A stretch of 64,000 bases of DNA, from NCBI GenBank assembly GCA_003598025.1, contig QZKH01000005.1, positions 4,682 to 68,681 on the forward strand, written 5' to 3'. The position numbers and the translations under genes are program-made. The notes under the pieces are model-generated. The model was not told where the DNA came from and made no database searches. It saw only the letters and a program-made list of their open reading frames with translations. Below are positions 12,201 through 27,200 of this stretch, piece after piece. Each line of letters starts with the position of its first letter. Position 1 is the stretch's first letter. Origin of the DNA: Candidatus Omnitrophota bacterium. Lineage in GTDB: Bacteria; Omnitrophota; Gorgyraeia; Gygaellales; Profunditerraquicolaceae.

Positions 12201-15200
12201 AAGGAGGTTAACGGCTTATTTCTTAAGCGGGATACAACTGGCAAACCAGCTTGGTGATTGGCGCTCAAGAGATACAATGGAGCAAGTTATCTTTATGACT
12301 AACATACAGGCCGGTGTTGGTAAAGGAGTGCATTATTTCGTAAGGCTTTTACATTCCGAATATAAAGAGGATATCGCATCAGCCCGCCGGGTATTTAAAA
12401 AATGGATGAAGCAAGGGGGCTGGATTACTACAGAGGCTGTAAGGGCATTGACCGATAAAGGAACCCGCGACAGCCACGAGCATACAAGGGATGCTTGTTT
12501 TAGGCTTTTAGTCGAACTGGTCAAAGATGATGCTGGCGCATACGGCCTTATCAGCGCTTATGGCGATTATTTGCACTATGAAACAATGAGGCTAAATAGC
12601 GAGCAGGATAGAATAAAGTTTATACTTGATGCGATTATTGCGGTAGAAAAAGAAGGCATTAGGAACATACTTGAAGAAATTGGAAAAGGGCAGGTTTTAC
12701 TGGATGCTTTAAAGGAATATAAAACAAAGAGTGGCGGTGTTGAGTCAATATCTTCTCCTGTGCCGCAGAAAGAAGCTGCCGGTTCCTATCCAAGAGTAGC
12801 TATTTGGGATATGGATGAGACTCTGGGTTATTATGATTCTGCAATTAACGATGTTGTATTAAGAAGGGATATTTTTCTTGCGCTGGGCTGGTTAGGAAAA
12901 ACAGGTGTAATGAATGTGCTTGCTACATCTGCGCCGGAGAAACACATGAATAGGTTTTTAGACAAAAGCGGGTTAAGGGGCTCTTTTAGCTTGCTTTATT
13001 CCAGGAAAAAAATTATGCCGTTTAAAGGGGTTAAATATTACTCCGAAATATTCACAGAGTGTGGTTATCCCGGCATAGAGTCATCTGATCAAGTAAAGAG
13101 GGAAGCAGCCAGAAGGTCTATCGTTATAGGAGATAACCCGGGATTGGATATCGGATGTGATGTTATCGTAGATGACTTGGGTCCTGTTTTTATTCATCTT
13201 GATGCGCTTAGTAAGACCGTTCCATTGATGCAGGCTTTTGGGACAGATTTAATCAGCGTTTGTGATGTGCTCTTAAGGGAAGGTCGTGGATTTTTCGCAG
13301 ATGGGTTCAACAGTATTTTAAGGAAAGTCTTGAGTGAGCATTATTGGACTTGGAGGGTTTTCCATAATCCTACTTATACTACTGATCATGTCCAATTTAA
13401 GCTTAGCTACGAAAAATTAGAAGGCGATCACATTCCGGTTATCTCTGCAATTAATAGAATAGGGCATGAGAATAATACGGACCAGGCCAGCAATAATAGC
13501 TCAAGCCCGGTTTCCGATGGGCATCCACAGGAATATGTTATAAATCTCTGGGAGCGTTTATTGGATACGGACAAATCTAAACGAATGACAAAGCCAGAAG
13601 CCATGTCTGAATTAATAAGGCTGATCAAGAAAGATTTTAATGTCAATATTGGAGAAGAAGGTGTTAGCTATGACTCCGAAGAGTCAAGACAGCGGATATT
13701 TACGGATATATACAAGGCTGATTTTCCTGAAGCAACCAGTGTTGCTTTTATGCCATATGCTATTCTCCTTGGCTATCTTGAGCAGCCTGAAAGATTACTG
13801 CTTAAATTCTTTGACAGCACGGTCGGAGCAAGACAGCCTTCAAGCATAAGCTTATTGGCAGAGCGTTCTATTAGTCAGATTGTCGGCAGTTCCGTCCATT
13901 TTCATAGCCATAAGTTATTATGGGAAGGAAGAGAGCCAGTTTATTCAAGAGCAGCCGCTAATATTACAAAAGAAGAAGATATCGAGCTTTCCTGCGATAA
14001 ACTAGCTATGCAGAAAATACATGGGGCAATCGAAATCATCAAAAGAAGAGTGGCGCATTTGGGAAAACAGAGTTATGAAGAAGCCTTATCAAATGCCTTA
14101 ACGCATATGACTATTATAATGCTTGGCGGGATAAGGCTTGTTTTCGTAGATTTTGACAACATGATCGTACGCCCTATACATGCCGGCAGGAGAAGGCAGG
14201 TGTTGTATTTACCTGAAGGGTTCTTATCAGATTTTGATTTAGATTCGGATGGTGATATGAATGAACTCGCAGAATATATTTTCCATACAATGCTCTGGTT
14301 GAATACTTACCGTAAGATAGCAGAAAAGAAGAGGCGTGGGAATATGAGGCTTGCGCTTAACAATATCGTAAGGACCTTTACGGAAGATGGAGGCTGGTTG
14401 GGGTTAGTCGAGGAAAGCCAGATAAAGAACAGATTATTATATCTGATGCGTGAGACTGCAGTTGATATATCCAGGGAGGTGGCTCATGCAATACATATTC
14501 ATGACGAATGCCTTACCAGGTTTGACCAGATGGTAAACAGCTTAGAGTTTGGTAAAAGGAGCGTATATGATAAAACTTTCAGAGAATTCGCTAATTCTTT
14601 AAGAAGAAGGTATGCGAGAGCCGGATTTTATTGTGAATTATTAGGCGCAGATAAAATTGCCGAGACTTGCTATGAGCGCATGAGGGAATCAGTAAGGCTG
14701 ATACAGCGCTTTGAGTTAGGTGTAAATCCGGTACAGTTACAATACAATTTGACTATGTTTTATCTTAAGAGGGGGATGTTTAGCGAATTCTTAAGGGAGC
14801 TTGATACATTGTTAACCGGGAAAGATTATCCGGAAGCTGATATTTCGGTGAACGTTTTTGATGCGGCCAGGCAGGTAGTCCTTGTTATGCCGCTTTTAGT
14901 ATCCGGAATGATTGAATTCCTTGAGAAAGAGATTGATTACACATTTACTTATTATAGATCTCAAGTTAAAACCAGCCAGGAGATCCAGCGGTTAAAAGAA
15001 ATACAGGAGAAGGCCAGAGCGATGATTTCTGATTTCCATAAATATAGCAAGGCTGTCGAGGAGTATCAGGCAAGGCACCCTAACAAAGAAGCGACATCAT
15101 CTCCTTTGACGAATTCAAATGAGTTTAATAAAGCCTTTACGGCAATATCAAAACTAGACCCTGGCCAGTGGTTAGGAGAAAGATTAATATCTGCTGTTCT

Positions 15201-18200
15201 TTCCTGCAATAATAAACAACCGCCTTTCGTAATTAAGATTTCTAATGCCGATGATGTAAGGATCCATAGCCATCTTGCCAAAAGATGCCAGGAGAGGCCC
15301 GAGCTTGATCACGAAATAATTGTGCTTGAGGTAGTAAATGTTGAAAGCAGGGCAAGGGCAATTATACGTCTGATGGCCGGGACACGTTCTGATATTGAGG
15401 TATTATTCAGCGACATCCCGGACCATAATGAAGAAAGAGCAAGAAGGCTATTTTTGGATCTTGAGTGTGCTTTTGATTTTAATACAGAGGTTATAGGCAT
15501 TGAGAAATTAATCGGGAGTGAAGCACAGAATATGCTTACTGTGCTTAAAGCTCTATTTGCGGGAGTAGGTTTTGGCCGGGCCAAAGTTATGTTTAGGGTG
15601 CAAGAATTCAGGGATATGGTCCGTTTTCCTAAGGTATTCAATGGGAGAGCTGAAGAAAGCTTGTCTAAGGATTTTCTTGATAGGGCAGCCAGGGTCATGG
15701 CATTGATAGGAAATACAGGATATGCGGAATTGGATGAATTAGAAGGCAGGAGCCTGATTGAGCGTATTTGGTATAGGTTTATAGGCTTTGGTGTCTTAAG
15801 GGTAAGATTAGATAAACTCGCAAGAGTAGATATTAAACAAAGAGCAGCGCAGTGTTTGGCGTTATTGAGCGATGCACAAATAAGCGAAGCCGAGCGTAAT
15901 TCGTTGAACTCCAGCATTGAGGCAGAAAGGAGAAAGCAGCAGGAAATAGACGGACAGATTGCTGATATTCCAGGTAAGCTGAGCTTACTTCAGGCTGAGG
16001 TTGAACGCATCAATGCGGAATTAGCAGAAGAATCAGGTCATTCAGATACGTATAAAGCTAAAGCCGCGGAGTTACATGAGATAAATACCCGGGGTGTTAA
16101 TACTAAGAGAGAAATAGAAGGGCTAGAAGCTTCTTTGGAAAGAACTTTGGCTGGTTTAAGCCCTGCAGACAGAGAGTTATTTGATAAGGTTGCCAGATTT
16201 AAAGCGAATGTTTCTGATTTAGAAACCAGGGTACAAAGAGGAGCAGAAAATAAGGCAGAATTGGAATCAAGAGCCGTTAGGATGAAAGAAGCAGTCACTC
16301 ATTATGAGGCACAACTTAAGCAGGCGGCAGGAGAGGAAGCAGTTTCTCAGATAAGAGACATCGAGCAGCGTATATCAGAACTACAGCCAGCTTATACTAG
16401 ACTTGGTAAAAGGTATCAGGCTTTAAGATTAGAATGCCAGCAGATTGAGCAGGAAGAGGTTTCCCGGAAGGAACAATTACAGAGAAGGGTACTTGATCTA
16501 CAGAAAGAAATTGAAAGGTCTTCCGGGGACAGGCGGAAATTAGAAGAAAATCGAGCTTCTACTCAAGAGGCTTTAGAAGTACTTTTGAAACAATCCGTAG
16601 CGCTTGATGCCAAGATAAGTTCTTATCGGGATAAAATTAACCAGTTTGAGAGTGATAATGCGCTAATGGGCTATGTGCGCCTTAAGCAGGAACTCCAGGT
16701 GATAGAAACGCGTTATGCCAGCCAGCCACAAACTGGGAGGCGCTCGCGTTTCACGGAGTTAAGAAAAAAAGCACAGGACCCGGAAAAGAATTTGAGCCAA
16801 CAAGAGCGCGCAGAATTGGATCAGATTATTGCTGATCGGCAGAAAGAAGCAGAGCTTCTATCCGGGATAAAATCCTATTATTCGGAGGCTGACGTTGTAA
16901 CAAAAGTCGTTGATGACTATTTTGATAATCCGGACAAAATCATGATGTTCTTTGATGCGGGATTGGAGGCTGCAGACAGACCTGAGCTGAAAGATTTAAA
17001 AGAGCAGGCCAAGATTTTAAGGGCAGAGTTGTTGGCTGCAACCGCAGAGCGGGAGCAGTTGCAGAATAGATTATCTGAGATTACAAAGCGGATCTTGGAG
17101 TTATCTACTTTATCTAGGGTAGTCGCAGATGTTGAAGCAGTAATTACCCGTTTATTCAGGCAGGGCAATCAGGCTATCCCTAGTTTAGAATATACTAAAA
17201 GTGATGAAGCAAGCGCTTTTTCGCACGCATCAAGATTATTTGGCAAGCTGATAAGCGCACATAAATTGGTATTGCTCGGTTATTTGGAAGAGCCAAAAGA
17301 TACTCCCAGCTCAAGCCCTATCTCTGTTGACGAGGTTAGGTCAGCATTAGATAACGGCCGCATTCGCAAGACAACCATGCTTTTAAGAGAAACCGACCCC
17401 AAGGATCAATCGTTTGATGCCTTAAGAGAACGCTTAGCGAATAGAAAGAAAGAAAACAGGCGTGTTCTGGAATGGGTACAGAGGATGAGGGAGTTTAGAA
17501 ATGACGGCAGGTTGCATTTGGCGATAAGAAATGCCAAAAGAATACTTGAGTTGAGTCCGGATCATCCGGAAGCAAATGAAGTAGCGGCTATAAGAGGAGA
17601 ATTAAGGAGTCTGGACTTAACCGGGATGAATAATGTTTATGTAAGAGGTTTTCTTTACCGCAGGCTTGACGAGTTCCGCGGTTACCTTCATGAGAAAGGC
17701 TTAAAATTTACCAAGATAATGCTTGTTGAAATGAAAACGAAAATTGAAATCCGCCTTACTTTAAAAAACGGCAGGATTTTGACTTATTCGATAGCCCTTG
17801 ATAACAAAGGCAAGCCCAAAGGAACCTTGCCTAACCAAAGAAGTGCGGACCTACTTTATATCTTACTTATCCATGGCCAGATTCCGTCTATAGTGAATGC
17901 GGATAATCCGTATTTGACGAGGTCATACGGCAAGAATCGCCAGATCCAGCTGGATTTTGTTGATTTCTTCAAAGTCGTAGGCAACAAAGAATTAGCTGTA
18001 TTTACGAAATTTGCCGAGGGAAAAGTTGAGGTATATATAAGTGATGAAGACGAAATGGGCTTGTACGTTTCGATAATGACCAAGAACGGTCTACCGGATG
18101 TTAAGGGTGCTTCCAAGAAACAAAGGCACTATATTGTATTGAATGTTTTGGTTGAGCAGGAAGCTGTATCCAGCGAAGGAATCAGTCTTAAAGACTATAA

Positions 18201-21200
18201 AGCTGATTGGTTGTTAGAGAGAGCAAGAGTTGCTTTAGAAGCTAATGATTTCAATACCGCAAGGCAGAATATACGGGCAGTTTTTGATTTCTATCCTGGA
18301 TCTAAGAAGGCAGCTGAATTACTTAAAGAATACGAAATTGAGAAAAGCATGTATTACCACCGGAAAATAATGGCAGAAAAAATGCTGGTCGGTGAACTTA
18401 AGCCATGGCGTGAGCGTGTAATAGATGACGAAGGCAATGTTTATATTTACCTCCATCAGGATAATGGCAGGCAAACCCAGGGGATCGCGCTTAATTTTGC
18501 TCTTATACCAGACTTGTCAGTTGGTTCAACATTGCAAATAGTGCCTATTGTTTCCCAGGAAGCGTCTTATAGCCGAGTTTCAGTATTAGTTTATAAGGAT
18601 ATGACTGCAGAAGAAATTGCAATAGGGGTATCTCCATTAAGAACCTGGAGCTACGATCTTGAATCTGATAACCTTAGAATAATAGGTGATGGCACGGATC
18701 TGCATATGAAACTGAGAGAAATTGACTCTGCCAAGTTATCCGTAGCTAATACTATGGCTGCAATAGGCAGGATAAGGGGTGAAAATTTTAATGGGGTTTA
18801 TCGGAGACTTTCCGGGCAGGTAGAACAGGTATTATTGCTAATATCAAATGATGCTTCCAAAGAGACAGCTTGTGCATATATGTTCGGCCTCATAGATAAA
18901 GCAAAAAGGAGGTACTCTTCCAGCAGGGTATTGCATGTTCTTCTGGATAGCATATTATATGACCATTTCCTTTATGATGAAGACTCCATTAGAGAACCCG
19001 AAGAAGAACAGCTGAAGGCGCTAAGCAAGAAGCAAATGAAAGAGTTAATGGAGTTTGGCGTCAGCTCTTCTCCCATTGATAATAAAGGCGAATTTTCAAC
19101 CCGGGTTACTGTAATTGCAGATGCTGTAAAGGCCTGGTCTAAAGAAATGTTAAGTATATTCTACTGGGTTTGTTTTGAGCATGCCGGATTGTTATATTCG
19201 GCCTTTTCGGTTAGTAAGCTTGTCCAGGTTAGTGGCGCAACTTTAAGGGTCATAAGGTCGGATTTGGGTAAGCCCTATGTCCATTATTATGTGGTTATAT
19301 CGTGGCCTGAATCTAGCGGTTATTTAGTTGATATTTTTCCTGAAGGTAACAGCAGATTAGATCATCTTAACCACGAAGAAGATAAAAGAAGGTTATTTAC
19401 AGAAAACGGAGCATTGGTCATTCCTCTATCTGAATCTGAAATAATAGAAGAGGGTTTTGGCAGGCCCTCTGATATGGAGATAGTCTATTCTTTAAATGAT
19501 TCAGAAGAGTCTATTGACCCGGAGTTTATTATTTATTTGGGTGAGGCCAGAAGATCGCTGGGAGACTTATGGAGTTTTAACAGAATAGAAGATGAGCATA
19601 TCGGAAGGAGTATCCTTCGTGAAACAGGGTTATCTCATGAGATAGGAAGGAGAAAATTCGTATCAAGCCCTATTATGCCTATTGGAGGAGTATCTTATGA
19701 AGGAGCCGGCCATAACCGCCCTATAGACCTTGGAAATAATTTGTATAGGCTTGTTAATATTAAGAAGCCAAGAGAAATAGTGGTTACATTAGAAAGGTCA
19801 AAAGATGAGGATGTAATCAATCTTAATGAAGCAGTTATTTCGGCTGTTGTAGCATATTTATCCGGGTTGATTGAGGAAGATGTTAGGTCCCGCAGGCTCG
19901 GTGCCGAATTGACTGCAAGGATCAGGTTGCAGAAAGAAAGAATAGAAAAGTTGCGTTCAATACAGCCCGTTTCAGGGTCCGCCCCTTCTTTGACAGCTAC
20001 TGAAACCGGTAAATCTTCATTTAGCATGGTTTTAAATAGTGAGATTACTAAAAGGAGAGGCAGAAATACCTCTTCTCCTATTAATCTGGATGAAAGGCTA
20101 AACAGCCGGATAGTAGACATGCTTTCTGCGGGATTGAGGCCCGAGTCTACACTTGTTATTACGCATGTAGGCAGGCATCCAGATTATGGCGAGGTGGCAG
20201 ATAGGATCATATCCGGCGTGGATAAGCTTTACCAAAACCAGAAAATAGATAGTAGGTTAGTATTATTTTCAAATACGCTTACTTCTCCCTACCCGGGAGG
20301 TTATCATTCCGATGGAGGTGTATTGGCTCCTGATGCTAAAATAGAAGTAAGCGGATCAGGCGACGTATTCGTCATTGCCGGATCAACCGTGGGCGCATGC
20401 CATTTAATAACTTACCAGGAGATAGTAGATATTGTTGCCTCAAGGCACAATACAAGGGCTGTGATTTTTATACCTTTGGAGGCAACGGACAGGACAATCA
20501 ATCCTACCGCAACGGATGAAGCCTATTCCATGTATCTTGCATCAAATATTAGTATAGGCGGATATGAGGTCTTTGATTTTGTTAATCAGCATTTTATCCC
20601 AGGCCCGGGGCAGACACCGGAAATAATATTAGTATGGGTAAAAACATCTCAGGAGGCAATAGAATGGATAGGCCGGATTAAAGAATTATCACAATCGATT
20701 GAACGGGCATCTGTTCTCCTGGGCGCAGTTTCTCAATTTAAGCATGATGTCAATAACCGTCTGACAGCCATAGTGGGCAATATTGATATGGATTTGCTTG
20801 ATGCCGGTATTCAGGAGTCATCTATGAAGGGTAAGCTCAAGCAATTGATAGATAGTGTTCGGGTTTCATTTATAACTATCCCTAAAGGGAATACGCAAAT
20901 TGTTGACATTACGCAGGCAGTATCCATTATTTGGCTATGCCAGTGTTTTATAAGCGAACTTCTGGCCTGGTCGAAAGATACTGATGAAGATGCGATCTTT
21001 GAGGGATTACCATTAAGAAAAGACCAGTTTTCTCCCAGACGTTTTGGTTATGTACGCAGAGAAATAGGAGTCATTAAGAAGATGATAGATGTGCTTAAGC
21101 GCGCCGGTGAAAGCAGCCCTTCCATCATAAATAGAGAAAGAATTGATATAGGCAGGATTATTAAAGAAGAGCTTGAACATATTGAAGGCATGAGGAAAAT

Positions 21201-24200
21201 AATCTCTGAATCCGAGCCAGGGTTGTTTGTTTGGGGTGATGAACTGTTATTAAGGAATATTTTACTGAATTTATTTGTTAATGCCAGACAGGCAATGGCT
21301 TCTTTGATAGAAGTGAAGGTAGGCAGGGTAGAGGCTTCCGGAGAGATAGATATAACTATTCAAGATAACGGCCCCGGGATACCGGAAGAAGATATTCCTC
21401 TTGTATTTGATTTATTTTTTACCACTAAGGTTGACGGTAGCGGCATGGGGTTATATATGGCTAAGAAAGCAACAGAGGCAATGGGTGGAAAAATTTCAGT
21501 TCAGTCTGACCATGGCTCAAGATTCAACATCCGTTTAAACGCAGCATCTTCTCCTTTGGAAAGATTTGGATTTAGTGCGCATGCAATCAACGGCCCCCCG
21601 GCTTTATTTACCGGTTCTGTTCTAAACCCGCATCAAGCAATTCATTCCAGGGGGGCAGTTCTCCGATTACCCGGAGAAACGGTCCTGTCTTCAAGCCCGG
21701 TTAAATATAAAATCGTGGTACATGAATTTACAAGACTTAATGATAATCAGCCTCTTCTTACTCCCAGAGACGGAGTCTATTGGGAAAAGGGAGGGGTTTT
21801 GAATCCTGCTGTTGTAATACGCGATGTAAAAGGGCTAGATGGCAATATCCATTTTATTTATCGCGCTGATGAGGGCGGTTTGCATCCAAGCGGCAGCCTT
21901 GGCTATGCCAGATTTAAGTTTGATGAAGCGCAAAGAAACCTTATCTTGGTTGACAGGTGGGATAAGCCGATAATGTCATGCCATGACCACCAGTGGTGGG
22001 AAGACCCCAGGGCATTTATTTTAAGCGGGGCTTTATATGTCAGCTCTACGCATTGCCAGATCTTTCCAAACAATAACATAGTTACCGAAGGTTGCATCTC
22101 ACACGAAATGAATTTCAATCACGCAGTAAGAAGCCGAAATTTCAGATGGTTAAACAGGTACGTAATAACAGGCAATAAGAAGAAATTTGATAAAGATGTA
22201 GTCCTTTGCCCTCGGAAAGTAAATATACACGGCAGCCAATATTGGGCTGCTTATAATCGTCCATGGCCGGATATAGGGGTAATAGTTTCTCCAAGCGCCT
22301 TTGGCCCGTGGTTCAGGTTCAAGGAACGGGTAATGTCTCCCAGGCAAGGGGATTCTCATATAGGCGCAGGCTCAAATATGGTAGAAATTAAATTTAATCA
22401 TCAACATATGTATTTATTCTTCATACATAGTGTCTTTTATAGGGATAAGGCTGCTGATACCAGGACATATTACGGGAAAGCCGTTCTTGCCCAGGCTGAC
22501 AGGCCATGGGAAATAATTGATGAAACTGATGGCATCGTATATCCGGAATTAGAATGGGAGAAAAATGGCCTTGGCGGTAAATTAGACTGTATTTTTATTA
22601 CCAGCTTTGCTCCTACCTACAGGAGAGGAGCGCGCGTAAAGGGGATAGTTGGCTATGGGGCGGCTGATAAGTATGTAGGTGCTGCCTATGTTGATTTAGA
22701 AATTATCAGGGACGGTTCTCAAAACAAGGCAGAACCGTCCCTGAATGAAAATGCTTCTAGTCCGCTTACTATAGATGATATACAGCGATATTCGGATTCT
22801 GCCGTGAAATGGAGAACCGCAAAATCTATAAGGTATATCGGCGGGTTATTCAGGGATTCATTTTCACCGAAAAGGAGAGAAATAATCCATACGGCCCTTC
22901 TTTCCTTGCTGAAAAATGAGCATCGCGTAGCTTTAAATGAAGTGTTAAAAATAATAGGCATGGAGCAGCAAGATAGAGAGGTGATTTTGGCTGGCCACGA
23001 GTATGGAGTGCATGCAGTCAGGGATATAATCATGAGCCGTGAATTCAGCATTGAGATAAGATTGCGTGCGTTAATGTTTATCTCTGCTTGGTTAAAGGAT
23101 TCAGAGGATAATTTTAGGGAAGAAGCGGTGAACAGTTTTTCGGTTGTTGAATTAAAAGATTTCCTCAACCGTTTAAGAAATAAAAGCATGCTTAAGAGAA
23201 AGCTGGAATCCGGGTTGCCGCTAAGATTTTCTGATGATGTATTAAGGCTGGGTTATGCGGCTGTAGCGCTATTTATTTACCATAAAGGAGCGGGTATTTC
23301 CCTGGCTACACTTTTTGAAATACTGCATAGGATTTTTATAAACGCCAGGATTTCTCCCGGGTATGAAGATGCTAACTCAGGGTTTAATTTCGGAGGCAGG
23401 TTTGCAAGAAAACATTCAGGAGGAGTAGCAATCGGGACCTGCGCTCATGAAATCATGCATAATATATTGTCAATCGAGACAAAACTGGATTCATATGAGA
23501 ATAAAGATGTAGCATCAATTCATGAGTTTATGAGCGATGTAATGGCTTTTGCTTTCTATAGATGGGTTTATTGGCCTATGGAGATAGCAAAAGAACTGGA
23601 ATCTTTCCATTTTGTTGAGCACCTTAATAGCTGCCCTAATTTTATAGCCGCTGAACAGCACCAGGCTGCCCGTGCCCAGCTAAAGATAATTATTGATGAG
23701 TGCTCCGGATACGAGAATGTTGATTGGCCGCTTCTTTTAACAGCAGGGATTACCGTTTTAAGAGGCTGGATAGGCGGAAGCTTTAGTCTTTTTACAGAAC
23801 GAGTTTTACACACATATTTTTTAAATCTGCGGCAAGCCCCCGGGGATAGGCCTGGAGAAGGTCCCGGTTATGGCCTAGTGACAGAAAACTTGTTAGGTTT
23901 GCCTGCCGGAGCCAGCAGTAAAGTTGCCACCAAAATCTTATTGTTGCCTAATTCAGGAGTACGCCGTATCCTGCAAGTTTATAGCATTGGAGCATCATCT
24001 CCCCTGGATTCATCAAATATCATATTGGAAATAGATTCTAGGGCACTCTGCGCTACTTACGGCGGGACTATAAAAGATGTCCCGCAGGCATTCTGGGATT
24101 GGCTTAGTTCTTTAGGTGTAGGCGTAATATGGTTTAAAGGCGTGTGGAGGAAAAGCCCTCTTTCACACCGATTGATGAGGATCTGGGGCAGAAGGCACGG

Positions 24201-27200
24201 GGAAACATTAAAGCGTTGGGCAAGCGCATATGATGTTTATGATTATGAACTTGATCCGGATATCTCTGCTACCGATGATGAGTTTATAAGAGTTGTATCA
24301 ATGTTTAAAGATAGAGGTATAAGGGTAATACTTGATTTTGTCACTAATCATATTGCTTTTGATTCTCCTCTTGTAGAAAGAGTTGAGGGATTAGCCTTAG
24401 CGAACCGTAACATTTCGGCATATGAGAATACGGAGATATGGCTTGATAATGCTTTAAGAGGCGCCTCACAGCCGATTAATCATCCGATATCATATATATA
24501 CCATGCCCGTGTAGGCGAACCCGGGTACAATCCGCCGATGATGAACCTAGCTCAGATTAATTATATGGATAAGAGAGCCAGGGAATATATGATCAAGACC
24601 GTCCTTCATAAAATTGCAAAATTAACATTAGGTGGTGGCTTGCGCGCTGATCTGGCATTCTTGGCTTTCAGATATAATATTTATGATACCTGGGGCAAAC
24701 CTTATGGTATGAGCTGGGAATATTTTGAGCGACAAATGCCGAATGAATTCTGGAGAGAATTTATGGATGAAGTTAATGCTGAATATCCAGGTATGCTGGT
24801 AGTCGCTGAGAGCTATGAATTCGGTGATAAAGAAGGCTGCCCTTGGGAAGGAAGGGCCGGTGCGTTTACCAGGTTAGGCATGATCCCTTACGAGAAACAC
24901 GCATATGACCTTCTTCGGCTTGGTTATGCCGATTCATTCAGAGGGTATACTTTTGTAAATTCTCCAACTGATTTCATGCATTCAACCGTTCATTTCGTTG
25001 AGAATCATGATGAGCCGGCTGCCGTAGAAGCTTTTGGGCATATGAAAAAGGCTTTAGCTGCTTCAATAATTTCAGCAGGATTACCGGGCTATTTCCTTAT
25101 ACCTTTAAGACAGGTGCTAAATATGACCGGATATGGCGTTGTAAAGGAAATGAAGTCAGCTGATGCCGGTATCTATGAATATAAATATCCGCATATTAAC
25201 GAAATACTTAAAGAGCGATTAAGCATACCGGGGTTGGCATGGTTTTTGGGATTCTTAGGAAGAAGATCTTATGGTAACGGAGAATTCTTTAGCGCTTATC
25301 TTGCTAAAATAGAGAGAATGGTGCCTGAAGGATGCCTGAAGTTAAGCCCGGAAGCTACCAGGGAACAGGTTTTGGAAGCAACCGGCTGGAGAGAGGATTC
25401 CAGGGGCAGGGTATGGGAAGATGTTAGCATTAACAACAGTGGGATTATATCTTTTATAAGGCATACACCGCAAGCCGACCTGCTTGTTGTAGTAAATTAT
25501 TCAGGAGAGCATTTTGATTTAATGATCAACAGAGATTCAGCGTTTTCATATTATAACGATAATGAGAATGCGCCGAAGAGTTTGCTTCCTAATTTAGGGG
25601 ATGCAACAGGATTATGCGAATATATTTATGACGATAAAACGGGAAGCTTGGAATTAGAACTCCCTGCCTGGGGTTACGCACTAATTGAATTTACATCTTC
25701 CTCGCCCTTAAATCCAGATAAAATATTGTTTGGGAAATCTAATGTTGAAAGATTAGCTGCCGATTTTGATGAGGACCCCGGTATTATAGAAGGTGACTTA
25801 AGAGCAATTAGCGAGGCCTTAGGTATATCCGGTTTAAAGAATGAGGCGCTAAGTTATCTTGATAGCGGAATGCAAGTTGATATTGATTCAATGGACTTAA
25901 CTGCGTTAGAAGCGTTTGCGCAAAGGACTCATAAACGGGTTTACAAGGTTAGTTTTGATGTTTATCCCAAAGGTCACTCTTTTGAAATGTTATTAAAAAT
26001 TGTTAAAGAGAAGGTCAGGAATACCATGTCGGGGGTTCCGTATGATATGAATTTCATTAATCGAGTGCACCTTGTCGGAGAAAGAATCCGTTCTTCCAGG
26101 GAATGGCTGCATCCACGTTCGGGAGAGCCGATAGAATGCCGCAATAGCAAGCCGAGAATATTATTTACCGAGGAATTAATCCGCTCTCAGGCAACAGGCT
26201 TAACTACCCAGCTTTGCCGTGCGCTAAAAGTCGCTTCTTACATATCTTTATGGGAGATACTTGGCCATAAAGGATTTGTCCTGGACCCAAATGAGTCTAA
26301 TGCCGTTATAAGAATCCATCAGGGGCATCCTGTGGCTACCATAATTGATTTAGACGGGCTTTCAGAGAGCGAAGGCGGAGTTAATGAATTAGAGGTAATT
26401 GACAGCCTGTATGATGAAGGAGATATGGCCTTTGAGCCTATGGCCCTAGGGATTATCCACGCTTTAGGCAGAGAAGGCGCGGTGCAGTTTTTTGGAAACC
26501 TGAAGGACCAGATAATATCAGTACCAAAATCAAGGTTAGCTTTTCTATTTAAAATATTTGAAGAGGGTATTCAAAATCAACCCACCTTATCTTCTTCTCC
26601 GGTAAGCCCTGAGTCTGAAGCTACTATCAGGGCATTTGTGGCTGGCCAAGAAAGAGCCGACTGTTTCTTCCGGTTTACAAGAGAGATTTTGGCTAACAGA
26701 TTATCTTTAAGAGATGTAGTTTCATCCAACGCATTACGTCAGGGTGTGGCAGATTATCATCTTGACCAGATAGGTTATTTGGGAGACGAAAGAGCGCTTA
26801 TCCTGAGGGTTAACGGCGAGTTTTTTGCAGTAAGGTTATCCGGAATAAATAACACCGATGAGATTGAGCCCGTTGTAGCTATTAACAGCGGGGATTTAAT
26901 ATTGCAAGTACTTTCCCGCGAAGATTTTCTTAAGTTATGGAGTAAGGCTACTGGCTTGGATCCAAGTATTTATAACACCGATAGCTCGATATATGTTTTT
27001 ATGCAGGCATTGGTTAGCAATGTACCTGTTAACGGCCATGGTTTAAAGCTGACGATAGAAGATGTTTTAGGCCAGGGGCTTGAAGGCACGGTATTTTTGG
27101 CTAGGGATTTAAACACAGGCAGAAAATTTGCTTTAAAAGTCGCATACAAAGATTTACGCCGGATGTATGAGTTCTGGGCAGATAAATTTGATATTTTGGA

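Noticed and set aside
15309-15917. Longest minus-strand ORFs in the track (202 aa here, 186 aa at 56313-56873, 159 aa at 39768-40247, 156 aa at 22719-23189)
   Set aside because: All are antisense to the continuous frame-1 ORF. Their translations are low-complexity Ser/Leu/Ile-rich strings with no recognisable motifs. They coincide with stretches whose sense strand shows strong domain signatures. They are stop-free by chance or antisense to GC-rich or codon-biased sense sequence.
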